A stretch of DNA of 64,000 bases from the human T2T-CHM13v2.0 reference genome, Homo sapiens: NCBI RefSeq assembly GCF_009914755.1, contig NC_060927.1. One strand, 5' to 3'. Below are positions 16,861 to 34,450 of this stretch, piece after piece. Both the position numbers and the translations under genes were made by a program. Under the pieces are notes generated by a model. The model made no database searches. It was not told the origin of the DNA and saw only the letters and a list, made by a program, of their open reading frames with translations. Every line of letters begins with the position of its first letter. Within the stretch, counting starts at the first letter, position 1.

Positions 16861-17186
16861 TATGTACACATGTACATACACTCATTTAATCTTCACACCA
16901 ACCATGAGGTAAATACTAACATTGTATCCATTTTTCAAATAAGGAAATGAAAGCTCTTCAGTAGCTTGTTTGGGTCATGCAGCTGGTCAGTGAGATCTCT
17001 AGGAATTCTGACCCAGAGACTCTGAGCCCAAAGCTTATGCTTTTCATCACCATCACCTGCTACCTACCAGGATGAGGGAGGAGTGATGGAAATAGTAAGA
17101 GCAGTTTCTTTGTTTATTTAGTATTTGCAGCAATATCATATGGCTCACCCTAATATCTACTATTTCAGCTACTGTAAAAGGTACTT

Positions 17187-17844
<658 letters not shown>

Positions 17845-18439
17845 TCAGAGAACAGTGACTTGCCCAAGGTCACCTTCCACTTGCCCTGTGAATAAAGTCT
17901 AAAAGTCCTTAAGATGTACAGAATGTGGCACATACTTACCTCTTAATCCTCGTCTCTCGCCAGAGTAGGTGAAGACCCCGTTATTTGCTGCCATGGTACC
18001 GTGATCCTCTTCCAAATGCTTATAAATGTGGAACAGTGTAATTAATAACAAATTACTTGTTATATGTTGCCTCTCTCCAGTCTGTTCCTTCATAAAGCCC
18101 AAGTAGTATGAAAATGCGAATCTGATCTATCACTCTTTGCTTAAAACCTTTCTTTGGCTTCCCATTGCTTTAGGATAAAGAGCAAGGCCTCTGCTGTGTC
18201 CCTGAGGTCCCAAGAGATCCTTCCACAACCCACCTCACCCTTCCCTCCGTTCCATGATGACTCCGCTCATTCCCTCAGACATGCCAGGCTTTTCCTGCTT
18301 CAGGGCCTTTGCACATCTGTTCCATCCATGTGGATGGGTCTGTCTCCTCTCTACATCTGGCTAAGCTCTGCTCATCCTTTAGGTCTCCACTGAAGGATCT
18401 CATCCTTAGAGAAATGTTCCCTCATCTAAATTAGGTCCC

Positions 18440-19030
<591 letters not shown>

Positions 19031-19362
19031 AAAAGTAAATCAGGTTCCCCAGTTATTCTCTTTCATAGGATCCGTGTCTTACCATGTTGTATTTGTGTTA
19101 GATTAATTTGATGTGTACTTCTTACACTAGACTGAACTTTATGAAAGTAGGGATCATGTGTGTTTTAATCATTACTTAATCCCTAGCATAGAACATGACA
19201 GCTACATGTAGTAGGCTCCCAATACATCTTTGTTTACTCAGTGTCAGACAAAGCAGGTTTGGAACCCAAATATTCTGACTCCAAGGTCCTGCCTCCCAGT
19301 ACTGATAAGAACTAGGAAAGAAGCTAACACTTATTAGGTACCTTAAAGAACTAGTTTTCTAA

Positions 19363-19509
<147 letters not shown>

Positions 19510-20057
19510 TAAGTAACTTAGGTGTACAGTATTATGAGTTTGATGCTTATTGAATAATTGCAGCAAAAGCCTCTTAGAAAAGATGTAGGAGAAAACTTTT
19601 TTCTCTTAAATTGAACTTGAAATTAAGTTGTGGGTGTGTGTGGTTGGTATAGGAAGGTTGAGTAGTGAATAAGTTAATGAATATTTCTTGGCCACTTACT
19701 GGCGTGGCCAGCACTGGGCTAGGTGCTTTTATGTAGCTCATCTCAGTTCATCTGACATTGTAGACTTTATCCCACCCCCAACCTGTCATCTTCCAGTGTC
19801 CCTGTCTCAGAGAATGGCCTTATATCCACCCAGTGTCAAATGTCAGAAACTTGGGGTCAGTGTGCTCCAGGCCTCCTCTTACTATTGGGGATCTGCTGTG
19901 TTCTTCCCCTGTTCCTCTACTAGTTGGTCCCTATTTACCCTGCAGATCTCAGACTCAAATGTCAGTTTCTTTGTAAGGACTTTCCTGCCTCTCTAGACTG
20001 GAACAGGTCTCTTTCGAGGCATTTCTCACAATTGCAGTTTTAGGTTTATTCTGGTGA

Positions 20058-20350
<293 letters not shown>

Positions 20351-20422
20351 ACTACATCTATTTTTTTTTTCTCACTCTTGTGTCCCTGATACAATGCCTA
20401 GCCCATAATTGGTACTCACCAA

Positions 20423-20600
20423 TTTTCCTTCCTTCCTTCTTTCCTTCCTTCCTTCCTTCCTTCCCTCCCTCCCTCCCTTCTTCCTTCCTTCCTTCCCTCC
20501 CTCCCTCCCTTCTTCCTTCCTTCCTTCCTTCCTTCCTTCCTTCCCTCCCTCCCTCCCTCCCTTCTTCCTTCCTTCCTTCCTTCCTTCCTTCCTTTCTTTT
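20423..20600. repeat. (TTCC)n/(CTCC)n pure polypyrimidine tract
   Basis: About 178 nt containing only C and T. Confidence 0.96.
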
Positions 20601-20868
20601 CAGTCTTGCTCTGTCTCCCAGGCTACAGTGCAGTGGTAACTAGCTCACTGCAACTACAACCTTCCAGGCTCAAATAATCCTCTTACTTCAGCTTCCCAAA
20701 TAGCTGGAACTGCAGGTGCACACCCCCACACCAGGCCAATTTTTAAATTTTTTTTTTTCTTGGTAGAGACAGGGTTTCACTTTGTTGCCTGTACTGGTCT
20801 TGAACTCCTGGGCTCAAGCAGTCCTCTCAAAGTACTGGGATTATAGATACGAGCCACTGCACCTGGCC
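20601..20868 (-). mobile_element. AluJ-like (its tail is the TTCC tract)
   Basis: Diverged antisense dimer. Confidence 0.88.
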
Positions 20869-20869
20869 T

Positions 20870-21520
20870 CTTTTCAATTGTGGTAAAATATACATGACAT
20901 AAAATTTATCATATTAACTACTTTTTAAGTTTACAGTTTAATGTTAAATACATTTACATTGTTGTGCAACCAATCTCCCAAACTCTTTTATCCTGCTAAA
21001 CTAAAATTCTATATCCTTCAAATACCTACTCACCCTTCTCTCCTACCCCCAGCCCCTGAAAACCAGCATTCTACTTTCTGTCTCTCTGAGTTTGACTGCT
21101 TTACATACCTCATATAAGTAGAGTCATACAATGTTTGTTCTTTTGTGGCTGAGTTATTTCATTTCACGTAATGTCCTCAAGGCTCATCTGTGTTGTAGCA
21201 TGTGTCAGAATTTACTTTCTGTGTTGTAGCATGTGTCAGAATTTACTTCCTTTTTTTTCTTTATTATTTTTTTTTTTTATGAAGACGAGGTCTCACTATG
21301 ACTCCTGAGCTCAAGCAATCCTTCTCCCTTGGCCGCCCAAACTGCTGGGATTGCAGGTGTGAGCCACTGGGCTCAGCTTCCTTCCTTTTTAAGTCTGAAT
21401 ATTATTCCATTGTATATATAGACCACATTTTCTTTATCCATTCATCTGTTGATGGACACTTGTGTTGCTTCTGCTTCTTAGCTATTATGAATAATGCTGC
21501 TATGAACATGGGTGTACAAA
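20870..21520 (-). mobile_element. L1MB-type 3' fragment with a nested Alu monomer (about 21251-21378)
   Basis: TTGTGGTAAAATATACAT...ACATTGTTGTGCAACC...CCATTCATCTGTTGATGGACAC...ATAATGCTGCTATGAACATGG. Confidence 0.8.
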
Positions 21521-21588
21521 TCAACAAACAATTTTTGAAGGAATGAATGAATGAGTGAAGTTGTAAGTAAAGTATTACCCACAAGTGA

Positions 21589-21856
<268 letters not shown>

Positions 21857-21905
21857 CAGTGGGTGAGGAGAAGGAGAATTAATTCTTTAGGAGTAGGAGA
21901 ATTAA

Positions 21906-22133
<228 letters not shown>

Positions 22134-23869
22134 TGATTCCTGATGTCCTGTCCTGGAATAACTGAAAATCTGGGCTAAAAATGCTAAAATGCATTCAGAA
22201 TATGGTGATTTTATCCTGAGAGAGTTAATACTACTTCTCTACCTTCAATGGCTGAGGGGAGGCTGACAGTTATTCTTTAAATTGTGTGGAAACCAAGACA
22301 GTGAATGGTGACCTTTACTCTGGTAAGACATCAGAGACTACAGGAAGGGCCCCAGCAAAGGAAATGGTAACAAGATTGGGAGGGCACAGGCATAACTTGG
22401 TGTTGCTGCCTTTGGGAAGCCTTCCCTTGGTGTTGCTGCCTCTGGGAAGCCTTCCCTGACTCACCCTGGCAGAGACAGTGTAGTTGTCCTCACCTTTGTA
22501 TTGACCCACATCTATGTTTATGTGAAATTCTTCACTGTTGCGGTTCTACTTCTTGTGCAATTTGTCATCATTACTGGTTTAGGTGGCTGTAGCTGTCCTC
22601 CCTGAGGGGCTGAACACCTTGAGGAGTTCATCCTGGCCACGGTCCCGTGCCAGCATTACAGCACTGGTGTAGTACTGGCACAAAAGAGGTGTCAGTAAAA
22701 TGTCTGTGGAGGGAGGAAGGGAGTGAAATTGGGCAGAGGCTTGTAGGTTATTTCCATTAATGGTTGATTCTGTTTTCAGCTCTATCAGTCTGTGTTCGTT
22801 GCTAGTGGATACAATGAAGTCACTAGATGAGGAGTCAGAGGCCTAATCCCTCTCAATATTCCAGTTCCCTTATCTAAAAGGAGCATGCTACTCACTGTGT
22901 CTCACTGATACGGTTCTGGTTCTGAGGTTCAAAAGAGAGAATGGAATTGAAAGCCAATTGTATAAATACATGGAGAAAGGCCTGTCATTTGTTTAACATA
23001 TTTTATAGCATTTTCTTCATGTGAAGCACTGGTCTGTGTGCTTACACTGGAATATTAAAAAGGCAAAATAGAATCCCTACCCTCAAGGAGCTTGTGGTCT
23101 TAGGAGAAGGTGGGATTAAAAAAAATATAATATTAAGTACTAGTATTTATTGAATGCTTGCAGTGTGCTAGGCACTGTTCTAAGGATTAGAAATGAATTT
23201 CTATTTGAGCTTTATGACAGCCCCTGAGGTGTCAGGTATTATTCTCATTCCCACCCTACTGATGAAAAAGAGGTAGAGGTCCCTTAGCTAGTAAGTGGAG
23301 GAACCAGGGCTTGGACTTTAGACCAGGTGATTGCATACAGAGCCTGCTCTGCTAAGCACTGCTGAAGGAGGCCCAGGAGGAAGGAGTTTCTTCCAGCTTG
23401 GGGCTCCAGGCAGGCTTAGTGGAACACAGATAACATGTGCACACGTCAAAATGTTTGGAGGAAGCGTTCTGGACCAGGGGAAAGGCAAAAAATAACTTGT
23501 TTGATGTTGCACTTGGCCATGTATTTGTGCACTGGAGTTACCTTCTTGATTGTACTTCGCAACTTGGCAAATAGAAGAATTTGCTTATGTTGTCTAGACA
23601 TACACTTGCTATGAGGCACTGAGCCAGGGCATCTGGGACAGGGGGGAGCAAGCCTTAGGTGACCAGTGTGCCATGGGAGAGGCACAGCTCAGATAGAGTC
23701 ATGTGTTGTGATTGAGACCTATGAAAGAAAACTAGATTTTCAGAAAGCATCATTGTTATTTTAAATGCTAGGTTATACTCTGGTTGCAGTGTCAAAGTTA
23801 TAAACAATGAAACTGTCATTTCTTTGAGAGTCAAATCCCTGAAAAGTTGGCTAGAACTTTACCAATCTA

Positions 23870-24448
<579 letters not shown>

Positions 24449-25396
24449 TAAGTGCAGCTCTGACGATAAGATTTATGTTCCTTCATCTTCCACACAGACT
24501 CTCAAAATCCAATTATTTCATGCAGCAGAGAAGGTCTTGTGTTAGGTAGTTGGTTTAGGCCCCTGCATTTCCTTTTTTCTTCTTTCTTCGTCTCCTCGAT
24601 GGGAAAGACTTGTGCCTTTGATCATGAAGCAAAAGAGAACTACAAGTTGCCTTCATGCAGTTACTTAGCAACAAGCCTCAACATCCAGCTATACTGAGTG
24701 GAGGCTTGTTGAAAATGTGAGGCTGTCATTGTCCAGGCAGCATGTGTGGGGAAGAAAGCTTTCCCTCCCACACTTTGATGCTAGACCTGAATTAGAATCC
24801 AGAATCTCTCATTGACAGGCCATGTGACCTCAGGAAAGTTACTAAATCTTTCTGAGCTGGAGCTTTACGTTCCTCATCTCACAGATAGGGATAAAAATAC
24901 TGACTTGACGAGATTGTTGTGAAATGCACACAAACTCATGAGTGTAAAGCGTGCAGGACAGTACCTGGTGTACAGTAGACACTCTAAATGGTAGCTATTC
25001 TTGCTGTTCAGCCTCTAGGAGTATATCCCTTCCGTTCAGCATCTGTTGAGCACCTTCTACAAAGCAAGCACTGTTCTAGGGGTTGGAAGACACCAAGTCT
25101 GTTCTTAAGGTGCTCTTTAAGTGGGAGGGGATTGAGATGGAGAGTGGGAAGTGGTGGCTGGCCCAGAGATGTAGGCACAAGCTAAGGGCTGTCATAGAGG
25201 TATGTACAGAGGGCTGGGGGAGCTCAGAAAAAGGCACCAAATGGTGCCTTCACTTCTCACTGTTTATTACAGAACTAAATAGCATTTTAAGTTTGATCCT
25301 CTGACTTTATGTCAGGACCGGCAATAATGAAACCATATCCCAGCTGTTGCTGCCTCATCAGACTTTTATTTCAAACCAAGGCATCATCCTCACTAG

Positions 25397-25609
<213 letters not shown>

Positions 25610-25868
25610 TAAAGTTGTCCTCCTTCTAGAACAAACACCATCATGAAGAAGGGCTTTTTGTCTTCCTGAGGTCTCCCTACATTCAAAGGCTTCTCACCTC
25701 ACTTGAATGGTCTGTTTTAGAACCTGTCCCATTTGTATGGATTTTTTTTTTAATAGTCCCGCTACCTGAGAATGTATGGAATTTATTAAGAGCCTCCTCA
25801 AAAGTTGAGTTTAGGAATGAATCCTGGACATTTTAGCAAAGCAGATGAGCTATTTAGGACAGGCCAAA

Positions 25869-25938
25869 GTGTGTGTGTGGCGTGTGTGTCTGCGCACATG
25901 TGCATGCACACATGTGTACGTGTACATGTATATGAGTG

Positions 25939-25969
<31 letters not shown>

Positions 25970-25970
25970 A
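25869..25970. repeat. Compound (TG)n / alternating purine-pyrimidine tract
   Basis: About 100 nt of mostly RY alternation ending in (TG)13. Confidence 0.9.
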
Positions 25971-26251
25971 GTGATGCAGCAGGACCATTTCCTTATGAAT
26001 CAATAGTGGAGCTCTTTGCTGTGGCTTTATTTTTGCCTTTCCTTTTTTAGTTCTTCCCTCCAAGTTTGGGCAGAATATGTGCCCACCTGTTAATAAATAG
26101 CTTTTTCATGAGCCTTTTTTTGCCCTTGTCAGAAAGTCAAAATTAAGTCTACAGACGTCCCTAAAGCCTAGAGATACACAAACAATTGGCACCTACCTTC
26201 TTAAATTTTATACACACTTTGCTTTCTATGTCCATGTGACTTTGAGAGTAA

Positions 26252-26597
<346 letters not shown>

Positions 26598-26903
26598 CTA
26601 TATGCTCTTTATATATCCTATAATATTATTAAACCATCAGTATCCTTTACAGAGTCCTCTGAGGGTAAACGAAAGGTCCTACTTGTTTACCAGCTCAATG
26701 TCATTTTACAGATGGTTGCCTACTTGATTTAGAAGGTTGTTTGGAAGGTTATTATGCTTCTTCCTGAATAATTTTTTTTGGCCCATGCTGTACCATGCAT
26801 GTCTAATGCTGTCAAAGGCCATTAGCCTGCCCCAGAGTTCCTGCTGTTTGATTTGTGGCTGCAGAGGACTTGGTGGCTCTAGGCTACCATTTTTAATTCA
26901 TGA

Positions 26904-27278
<375 letters not shown>

Positions 27279-27318
27279 CCCAGGGGCTCCTTGACAGGAT
27301 TTTAAATTATAGTTTTAG

Positions 27319-27543
<225 letters not shown>

Positions 27544-28818
27544 TGAGTGTGTCCCAATGAGTGGGAACCCTTCTGGTAAGGGCCCAGGCCCCACACAGAC
27601 TTGCCAGGACAGATGTTAAACTCTTTGGCCAAGGGAGTGCAGGGACTAGGGGGAACTGTGGGTGAAAGCGCCTTCAAAAAAAGGAGACATACCCTTAAAA
27701 CTTGTGTGTGGGTATAAAGTGATCCTGTGAGAAACTATAGGAAATACTGAAAAGACTAAAGGAGAAAGTTCAACTTTCTGATAAAACCCCATCCCCTGAG
27801 GAAATCACTGTTAGCAATCTAGTGTATTTCTCCTCAGTCTTTTCGTGTGTTCATATAATTAACTAAGTCATATTCTGCTTTTTTTTTCACTTAACATTAT
27901 AGTGTGAACCCTTTCCAGTAACATTACAAATCCTTCGAAGAACATGATTTTTAATGTCTGAAAAGTGTGCCCTTTTGTGGATGCCCCATCACTCGACACT
28001 TCCTCTATTACTGGACACGTTTCTTAGCCTGTTCCCACACTATCCCTTACCTTACCTTGCATTTTCTAGGATGTATATCAGAGAGGAAGCCCTTACCTTA
28101 GCCACAGTCTTCACTCCCAAATCCTGGCTGTCTAGTCATTCTTCTCTTCAGTTGAGATTGCCTGTAGGGAAAACATGGGCAGGCCAGAGTGGGGAAAGCT
28201 GGGGTAGCCAGGATATCTCAGTTTGGCAGTAGAGATCTAGCTTGAGACTTTCCAAACTGTTTTACATAGTACCTGAGTTTCCTTGGAAGAATCCCACCCT
28301 GAGGTCATGGGGGCTGGGAAGTGGGGACCAGTAAAGGAGGAAGGTATGGCTTTGGGTCCCCATCTCAGTGCCTTTGATTGTTTCAACATGAGTTTTTGTT
28401 TCATAAAGAATCCTACTGCCCCAGGAGGTAAAAGGGGGTTGAAAATCACTGATCCATCTCACAGGGACTGAGCCCAGCCCAGAGCCATATGTGGCCTCCC
28501 CAAGAGGGCTCACTGGTGGGCTGGGCTCCTGGATTGTGTTTGGACTTTGGACATCAGTGCCAGTCACACAAAGGTCATCTGCAGGCTGCCTCATTAACAT
28601 CCCTCTCGGTCTTTGTCTCTTTTCCCTTAGTTTTGGGTTAGTGCCTATGACATTTGCCACTCTTGGCTGGGTTTTACAAACAAGGCTTTACCTTGCCTGC
28701 CTACATATCCAGTGGTGCTACCAGGTTACCACAAGACACTGGGATCAGAAAAGCTGGAATTAATAAACAAAGAGGCAACATTAGGTGGATTAAGACCCAG
28801 CCTCAAGGGCTAGGAATG

Positions 28819-29117
28819 CTTTTCTTTTTTTTTTTTGTGACAGAGTCTGGCTCTGTCACCTGGGCTGGAGTGCAGTGGCACGATCTCGGCTCACTGCAAC
28901 TTCCGCCTCCCGGGTTCTAAGCGATTCTTGTGCCTCAGCCTCTGGAATAGCTGGGATTACAGGCACGCGACACCACGCCGAACTAATTTTGCATTTTCAG
29001 TAAAGATAGGGTTTCCCCATGTTGGCCAGGCTGGTCTAGAACTCCTGACCTCAGGTGATCCACCTGCCTCAACCTCCCAAAGTGCTGGAATTACAAGCGT
29101 GAGCCATCACGGGCTGC
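28819..29117 (-). mobile_element. Alu (AluSx-like)
   Basis: Antisense dimer. Confidence 0.93.
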
Positions 29118-29816
29118 CGCTTTTCTCTTGAACTAGATTCCCAGGTAGCTTGCTCTCCAGCCTCAGGCAAGGGAGTTTCTCCTGTGTGCTGGTCCTACAG
29201 TCCCAGCCCCACAGCACTGATCCCCATAGGTTCTCAGTTTCAAAGACAGTTGTTTGTTTTCAGAGCCCATTGCTCTTTTTTGAAAATTAGATTCAGTCAG
29301 AAACCATTTCACCTGTGCAAGGACCCCCGCCTGCAGGAGAACCTATTTTTAGGTGTTAATTTTCTTTCTTCAGGAAGAGCAAGCAAGTTTCCCTTCTATT
29401 AAAAAATGTCTTTGTGCTGCAAGAGATGTTTCTCTGCCATCTCCCCACATTTTCTAGTATGTAAGAGAAAAGCAGTCTCAATATTGCAGCCTTGCCTATC
29501 TTAGTGTTGCTCCCCAGTAAGCTCTGAAATGAGAGGTTTATCTTCTTCAGCTGCAGCAGTGTCCCCAGCACCATAAGGTCATAGCAGGGGACTCAGTGAA
29601 ACAGCAGATCCCAGGAAGGCTGAACCTCAACTCTGCTTCATCCCGTAAGACTGAGTGATGGGTTGGGCCAAATTATAACTTTTGGCTTCAGTAAAGCTGT
29701 ACAACATTTGGCAACCTGAGGCCAGGACTTCCTTGTTCCTGTTGTTTAAGCCCTTAGAGCTATACTCATCAGCAGGCTGTGGCCCTTCATAACCTCTTTT
29801 ATCTTCTGTTGATTAG

Positions 29817-29892
29817 AGAGGAACGTAATGACATCCTGGCTGTGGCTGACTGGGGACAGAAAGTTTCCTTCTACCAGCTGAGTGGAAAACAG
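29817..29892 (+). CDS. IFT122: IFT122 exon 9
   Basis: attag|A GAG; [25 protein letters not shown]; CAG|gtatgt; 76 nt. Confidence 0.95.
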
Positions 29893-30710
29893 GTATGTAG
29901 CCCTGTACAAATCCAATTGCAGTCATGCCTGTTATATTTTCATTTTCTGAGATTCTATTACTATTAATTATACATTATCATTGTTAGTTCCTGCTTATTG
30001 AGCATTTGCTGTGGTACCAGATACTGTGCTCACTGCTTTGCATACTTTATCCTATTTTATTCTTATAAAACCCAATGAAGTGGGTACTACTTTCCTTATC
30101 AACTTTTTAGAAATGAGTAAACCAGAACTCAGAGCAGTGAAATTATATGCCCAAGATCTCACACAGCTAGTAAATGGTGGAGCCTAGGAGTTAAACCCAG
30201 GTTGGTTTGACTTTAAAATCTAGCTCTTAATTTTGACCTTACTTTCCTCTATTCGCTTTCTTTCATTCAACCAGTATTTATGAGTACCCACTCAGGAAAG
30301 CCCTTTTATAAAGGAGCTGCTGACATAGAGCTGGGAAAGTGATAGCCTCTACCTGCAAGAGCTCACAGGCTGGCGGAGACACACTTGATAGCAAAGAGCC
30401 CCTGTGTGGTGTGGTATGTGACACAATAGAAAGCTGTACAGATAGACAGCTTTTTGGGACACAAAAGAGGGTAACATCACTACTTGGTAGAGATGGGAGG
30501 TCTTGTTAGAGGTTATCTTTGAGCAGGCCATCTTTGAGTTAGGCTAAGGACATTGGGAATGGTGTTTCAGGCAGAAAAAAAAATAGCATGTATCAAGGCA
30601 GGAAGGAATGAAAATATATGACAGTTCAGAGAATGGTGAGTTGTACAGGGTGACTGCATCTCAGAGTTTGTGACCTGAAAACAGAGCTGAAGAGGAACAT
30701 GGGGGTATGA

Positions 30711-31343
<633 letters not shown>

Positions 31344-32627
31344 GGAGATGTGATTATAAAGGACCTGAGTAGTGTGAATAAGAAGTTTGAACATCATATA
31401 CTGTAAGTATTCAGGAGCCATAGGTGGCAGGAAGTGGCATCACAGATTCTTGCTTCAGAAGAATAACTTGTTTCCATGGAGGGTGGATTAAAATATAGAG
31501 AGCATGGTAGTAGGATGACTTATTAGTAGGCAGGAAATGCCAAGGATTAGAGTAAAGGTGCTGGGTACAGATTTCACACCACAGCCAAGCAAGTGAGAAA
31601 TGCAACCTGTGCAGTGAAGCCTTTAATTTCGTAGCATCCTTATTCCTCAAAACATGTCATGTAAGAGGGAAGAGTTTTAGATGTGTGTAGCCCAGCTTTT
31701 GGGCCATTTCTTCTACCCCTGCCTTACCATTGGTCATTTCTTTTGTATTCGAGTAAAGAAAAGATAAAGGGAGCAGATAATGAAGTATTTTCTCAGTTTC
31801 CCATGGCTGATTTCCTAAAACTCTCATTTTAATTAACTATCATCTAGTTTCCCTGGCCCTCTCTATTCATCTGCTTAATGTGTGTACATCATCATTCAAC
31901 AGATACTTATTGGCACACCTACTGTGTACGAGGCACTGGATGTGGGTACTGAAGACTCTTGGGAACAAATAACCACACTGCAGTGGGAGGGAATGGGGTC
32001 TTGTTGCTATGGCCACAGAAGAAAAGAGCTCAACATGGCCGAGGGCCACAGGAAATATCTTGCATGTATGCAGCCCCAGAGCTCATGTTGTGGCCCAAAG
32101 TTTCTGCACGATGAGCAACCTTAACCTGCTGAGATGGTAACCCCAACTTGTTTGGGACAGTAAAATTGTTTTCTTGCTGGGTGTCTTCCCTTCCCAATCT
32201 AGGAAGATTTAGAATTCAATATAGGATGATGAAGTAAATCAAACCCATACTTTTGTGTTAGTCTGAGGTATAATTTGTGTATTTTTGTCATTTGAAGTGT
32301 TAGTAATACTTAAGGGGATCTGGCTTAATAATAATAATAGCTAACATTTATTGAATTCCAGGCATTATATAAACTCTTTACAAGGATTAACTCTTTTAAT
32401 CCTTATAACAACCCTATGAGGTAAATACTGTTATCATCACCATTTTACATGTACGAAAATTGAAGCACAGAGAGGCTCAATAATTTGCCCAAAGGCACAC
32501 ATTTAGTCTGTGGTCCCCACCCTGCTGAAACCCAGGCATACTGGTGCCAGAATCCATATTAGAATGTCTATCAGATTAGTCTTGCAATGACCATTCAAAA
32601 GTTGTATTGAGTAATGTCATATGTCTG

Positions 32628-32937
32628 ATTTTATTTACTTTTTGAGAAAAGGCCTCACCCTGTTACCCAGGCTGGAGTGCAGTGGTATGATCATGGTTCA
32701 CTGCAGCCTTGATCCCCCTGGGCTCAAGGAATCTTCCCACTTTGGCCTTCCAAGTAGCTGGGACTACAGGCACATGCCACCACATCCTGCTAATTAAAAA
32801 AAAAATTTTTTTTTTTTTGGTAGAGATAGGGTCTCCTATGTTGTCCAGGCTGGTCTCAAACTCCTGGGCTCAAATGATTCTTCTGCCTTGGCTTCCCAAA
32901 CTGCTGGGAATACAGGTGTGAGCCACCATATCTGGCC
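32628..32937 (-). mobile_element. AluJ-like
   Basis: Diverged antisense dimer. Confidence 0.9.
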
Positions 32938-33029
32938 TACTTCTGATTTTAAGTGGAAAGATAAGAATTATATTTAAAGTGTATATTATTTAAGGTTCCT
33001 AAGCAATATTGGAATGCTTAAGCAATTTG

Positions 33030-34450
33030 TTACATTTTTCTTCTTGGTGTTCACTGAGCTTTTTGAATCTACACATTGATATCGTTCTGTCTTTCACCAA
33101 ATGTGAAAACATTTTGGCCATGATTTCTTGAAATATTTCTTCTTCTCCATTCTTTCCTTTCCTCTGGAACTCTAATTACACTTACATTAGACCTTTTGTT
33201 ACTGTTCTCCAAGTCATCGAGGCCCTGTTATTATTTTTTTAAATCCCTTCTTTTCCCTCTGATCTTCAGATTAGAGGATTTCTGTTGTTCAGTATTAAAT
33301 TTCATTGACTCTTCTGCAACTTCCAATATTTTTCTTAAGCTCATTCAGTGTGTATTTGTTTCAGTTATTATTGCATTTTTCCTTTTCTAGAATTTCCATT
33401 TGGTTCTTTTTTCCTTTTTATTCATTACAAGCGTATTTTTCTTTATAGCCTTAATCATAGTTACAATAACTGTTTTAAAATTCTCATCTGCAGCTGGGCA
33501 TGGTGGCTCATGCCTGTAATCTTAGTACTTCTGGAGGCCAAGGAGGGACGATTGCTTGAGGCCAGGAGTTCAAGACTAGCCTGGGCTACATAGAGAGACT
33601 CCATCCCTAAAAACGAACAAACAAATTGGCCAGGGAGGTGGCAGGCACCCATTGTCCTAACAACTCTGTAGGCTGAGGTGGGAGTATTCTCAAGCTGAGG
33701 AGTTCAAGGCTGCAGTGAACTCTTACCACTGCACTCCAGTGTGGGTGACAGAGCAAGACCTGTGCCCAAAAAGCAAACAAAAATTCTTATCTGCTATTTC
33801 TAACATTTGGGTCGTCATGGTTCAGTCTCCATTGATTTTTTTCCCTTGAATATGGTTCACATTTTCCTGCTTTGGGGAATTTTGAATTGTACTCAATATT
33901 GTGAGTAATATGTCATAAAGACTCATATCCATCATGTTCCTCTGAAGATTATTGTGTATGTTTGTGTGTATATATGTTTAAGCAGGCAGTTTACTTTGCT
34001 GGGCTCAAAATCAAAACTCCATGTTTTCAGTGGTGTCAGCAGCTGACATCTCTGTGCAGTTCTTTAGCTGTAGCTAGGCTGCTTGGCATCTTGTCACAGT
34101 TTATAGTTCAAGGGTTTCCAGATATTCAGTGGAGTTTATGTGCAGAATTTAAGCTCTTACTTTGCTTCTCTTTTCTGGGATTTCCCACTTCACTTTCCGG
34201 GTGCTGTGGTCCTCCCAAATTCTATACTCACCCAGCATGATGGTGAAGAGGGCTGCCCTCAGGCAAAAACCCTTAAAAAAATGAGAAGTTCACCTAGTGT
34301 TTGTTCCCTTCTTCTAAATGTGCATGTGTCTTCAGTTTCTGCCTGCTTTTGGTCGCCCTGAAATGGTTGTTGTTTATAGTTGGTCCAGAGTTTATTGTTG
34401 TTACTTGTGGGAAGATTGGTCCGATGGGAACTAGTGAGCCATTTCCAGAA
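33030..34450 (-). mobile_element. Old L1M fragment with a nested AluJ (+, 33492-33780)
   Basis: T-rich diverged L1-like sequence; Alu TSD AAAATTCT(C/T)ATCTGC; boundaries approximate. Confidence 0.65.

Noticed and set aside
20380-20643. PSFLPS / FLPSF repeat ORFs
   Set aside because: Translations of the TTCC microsatellite
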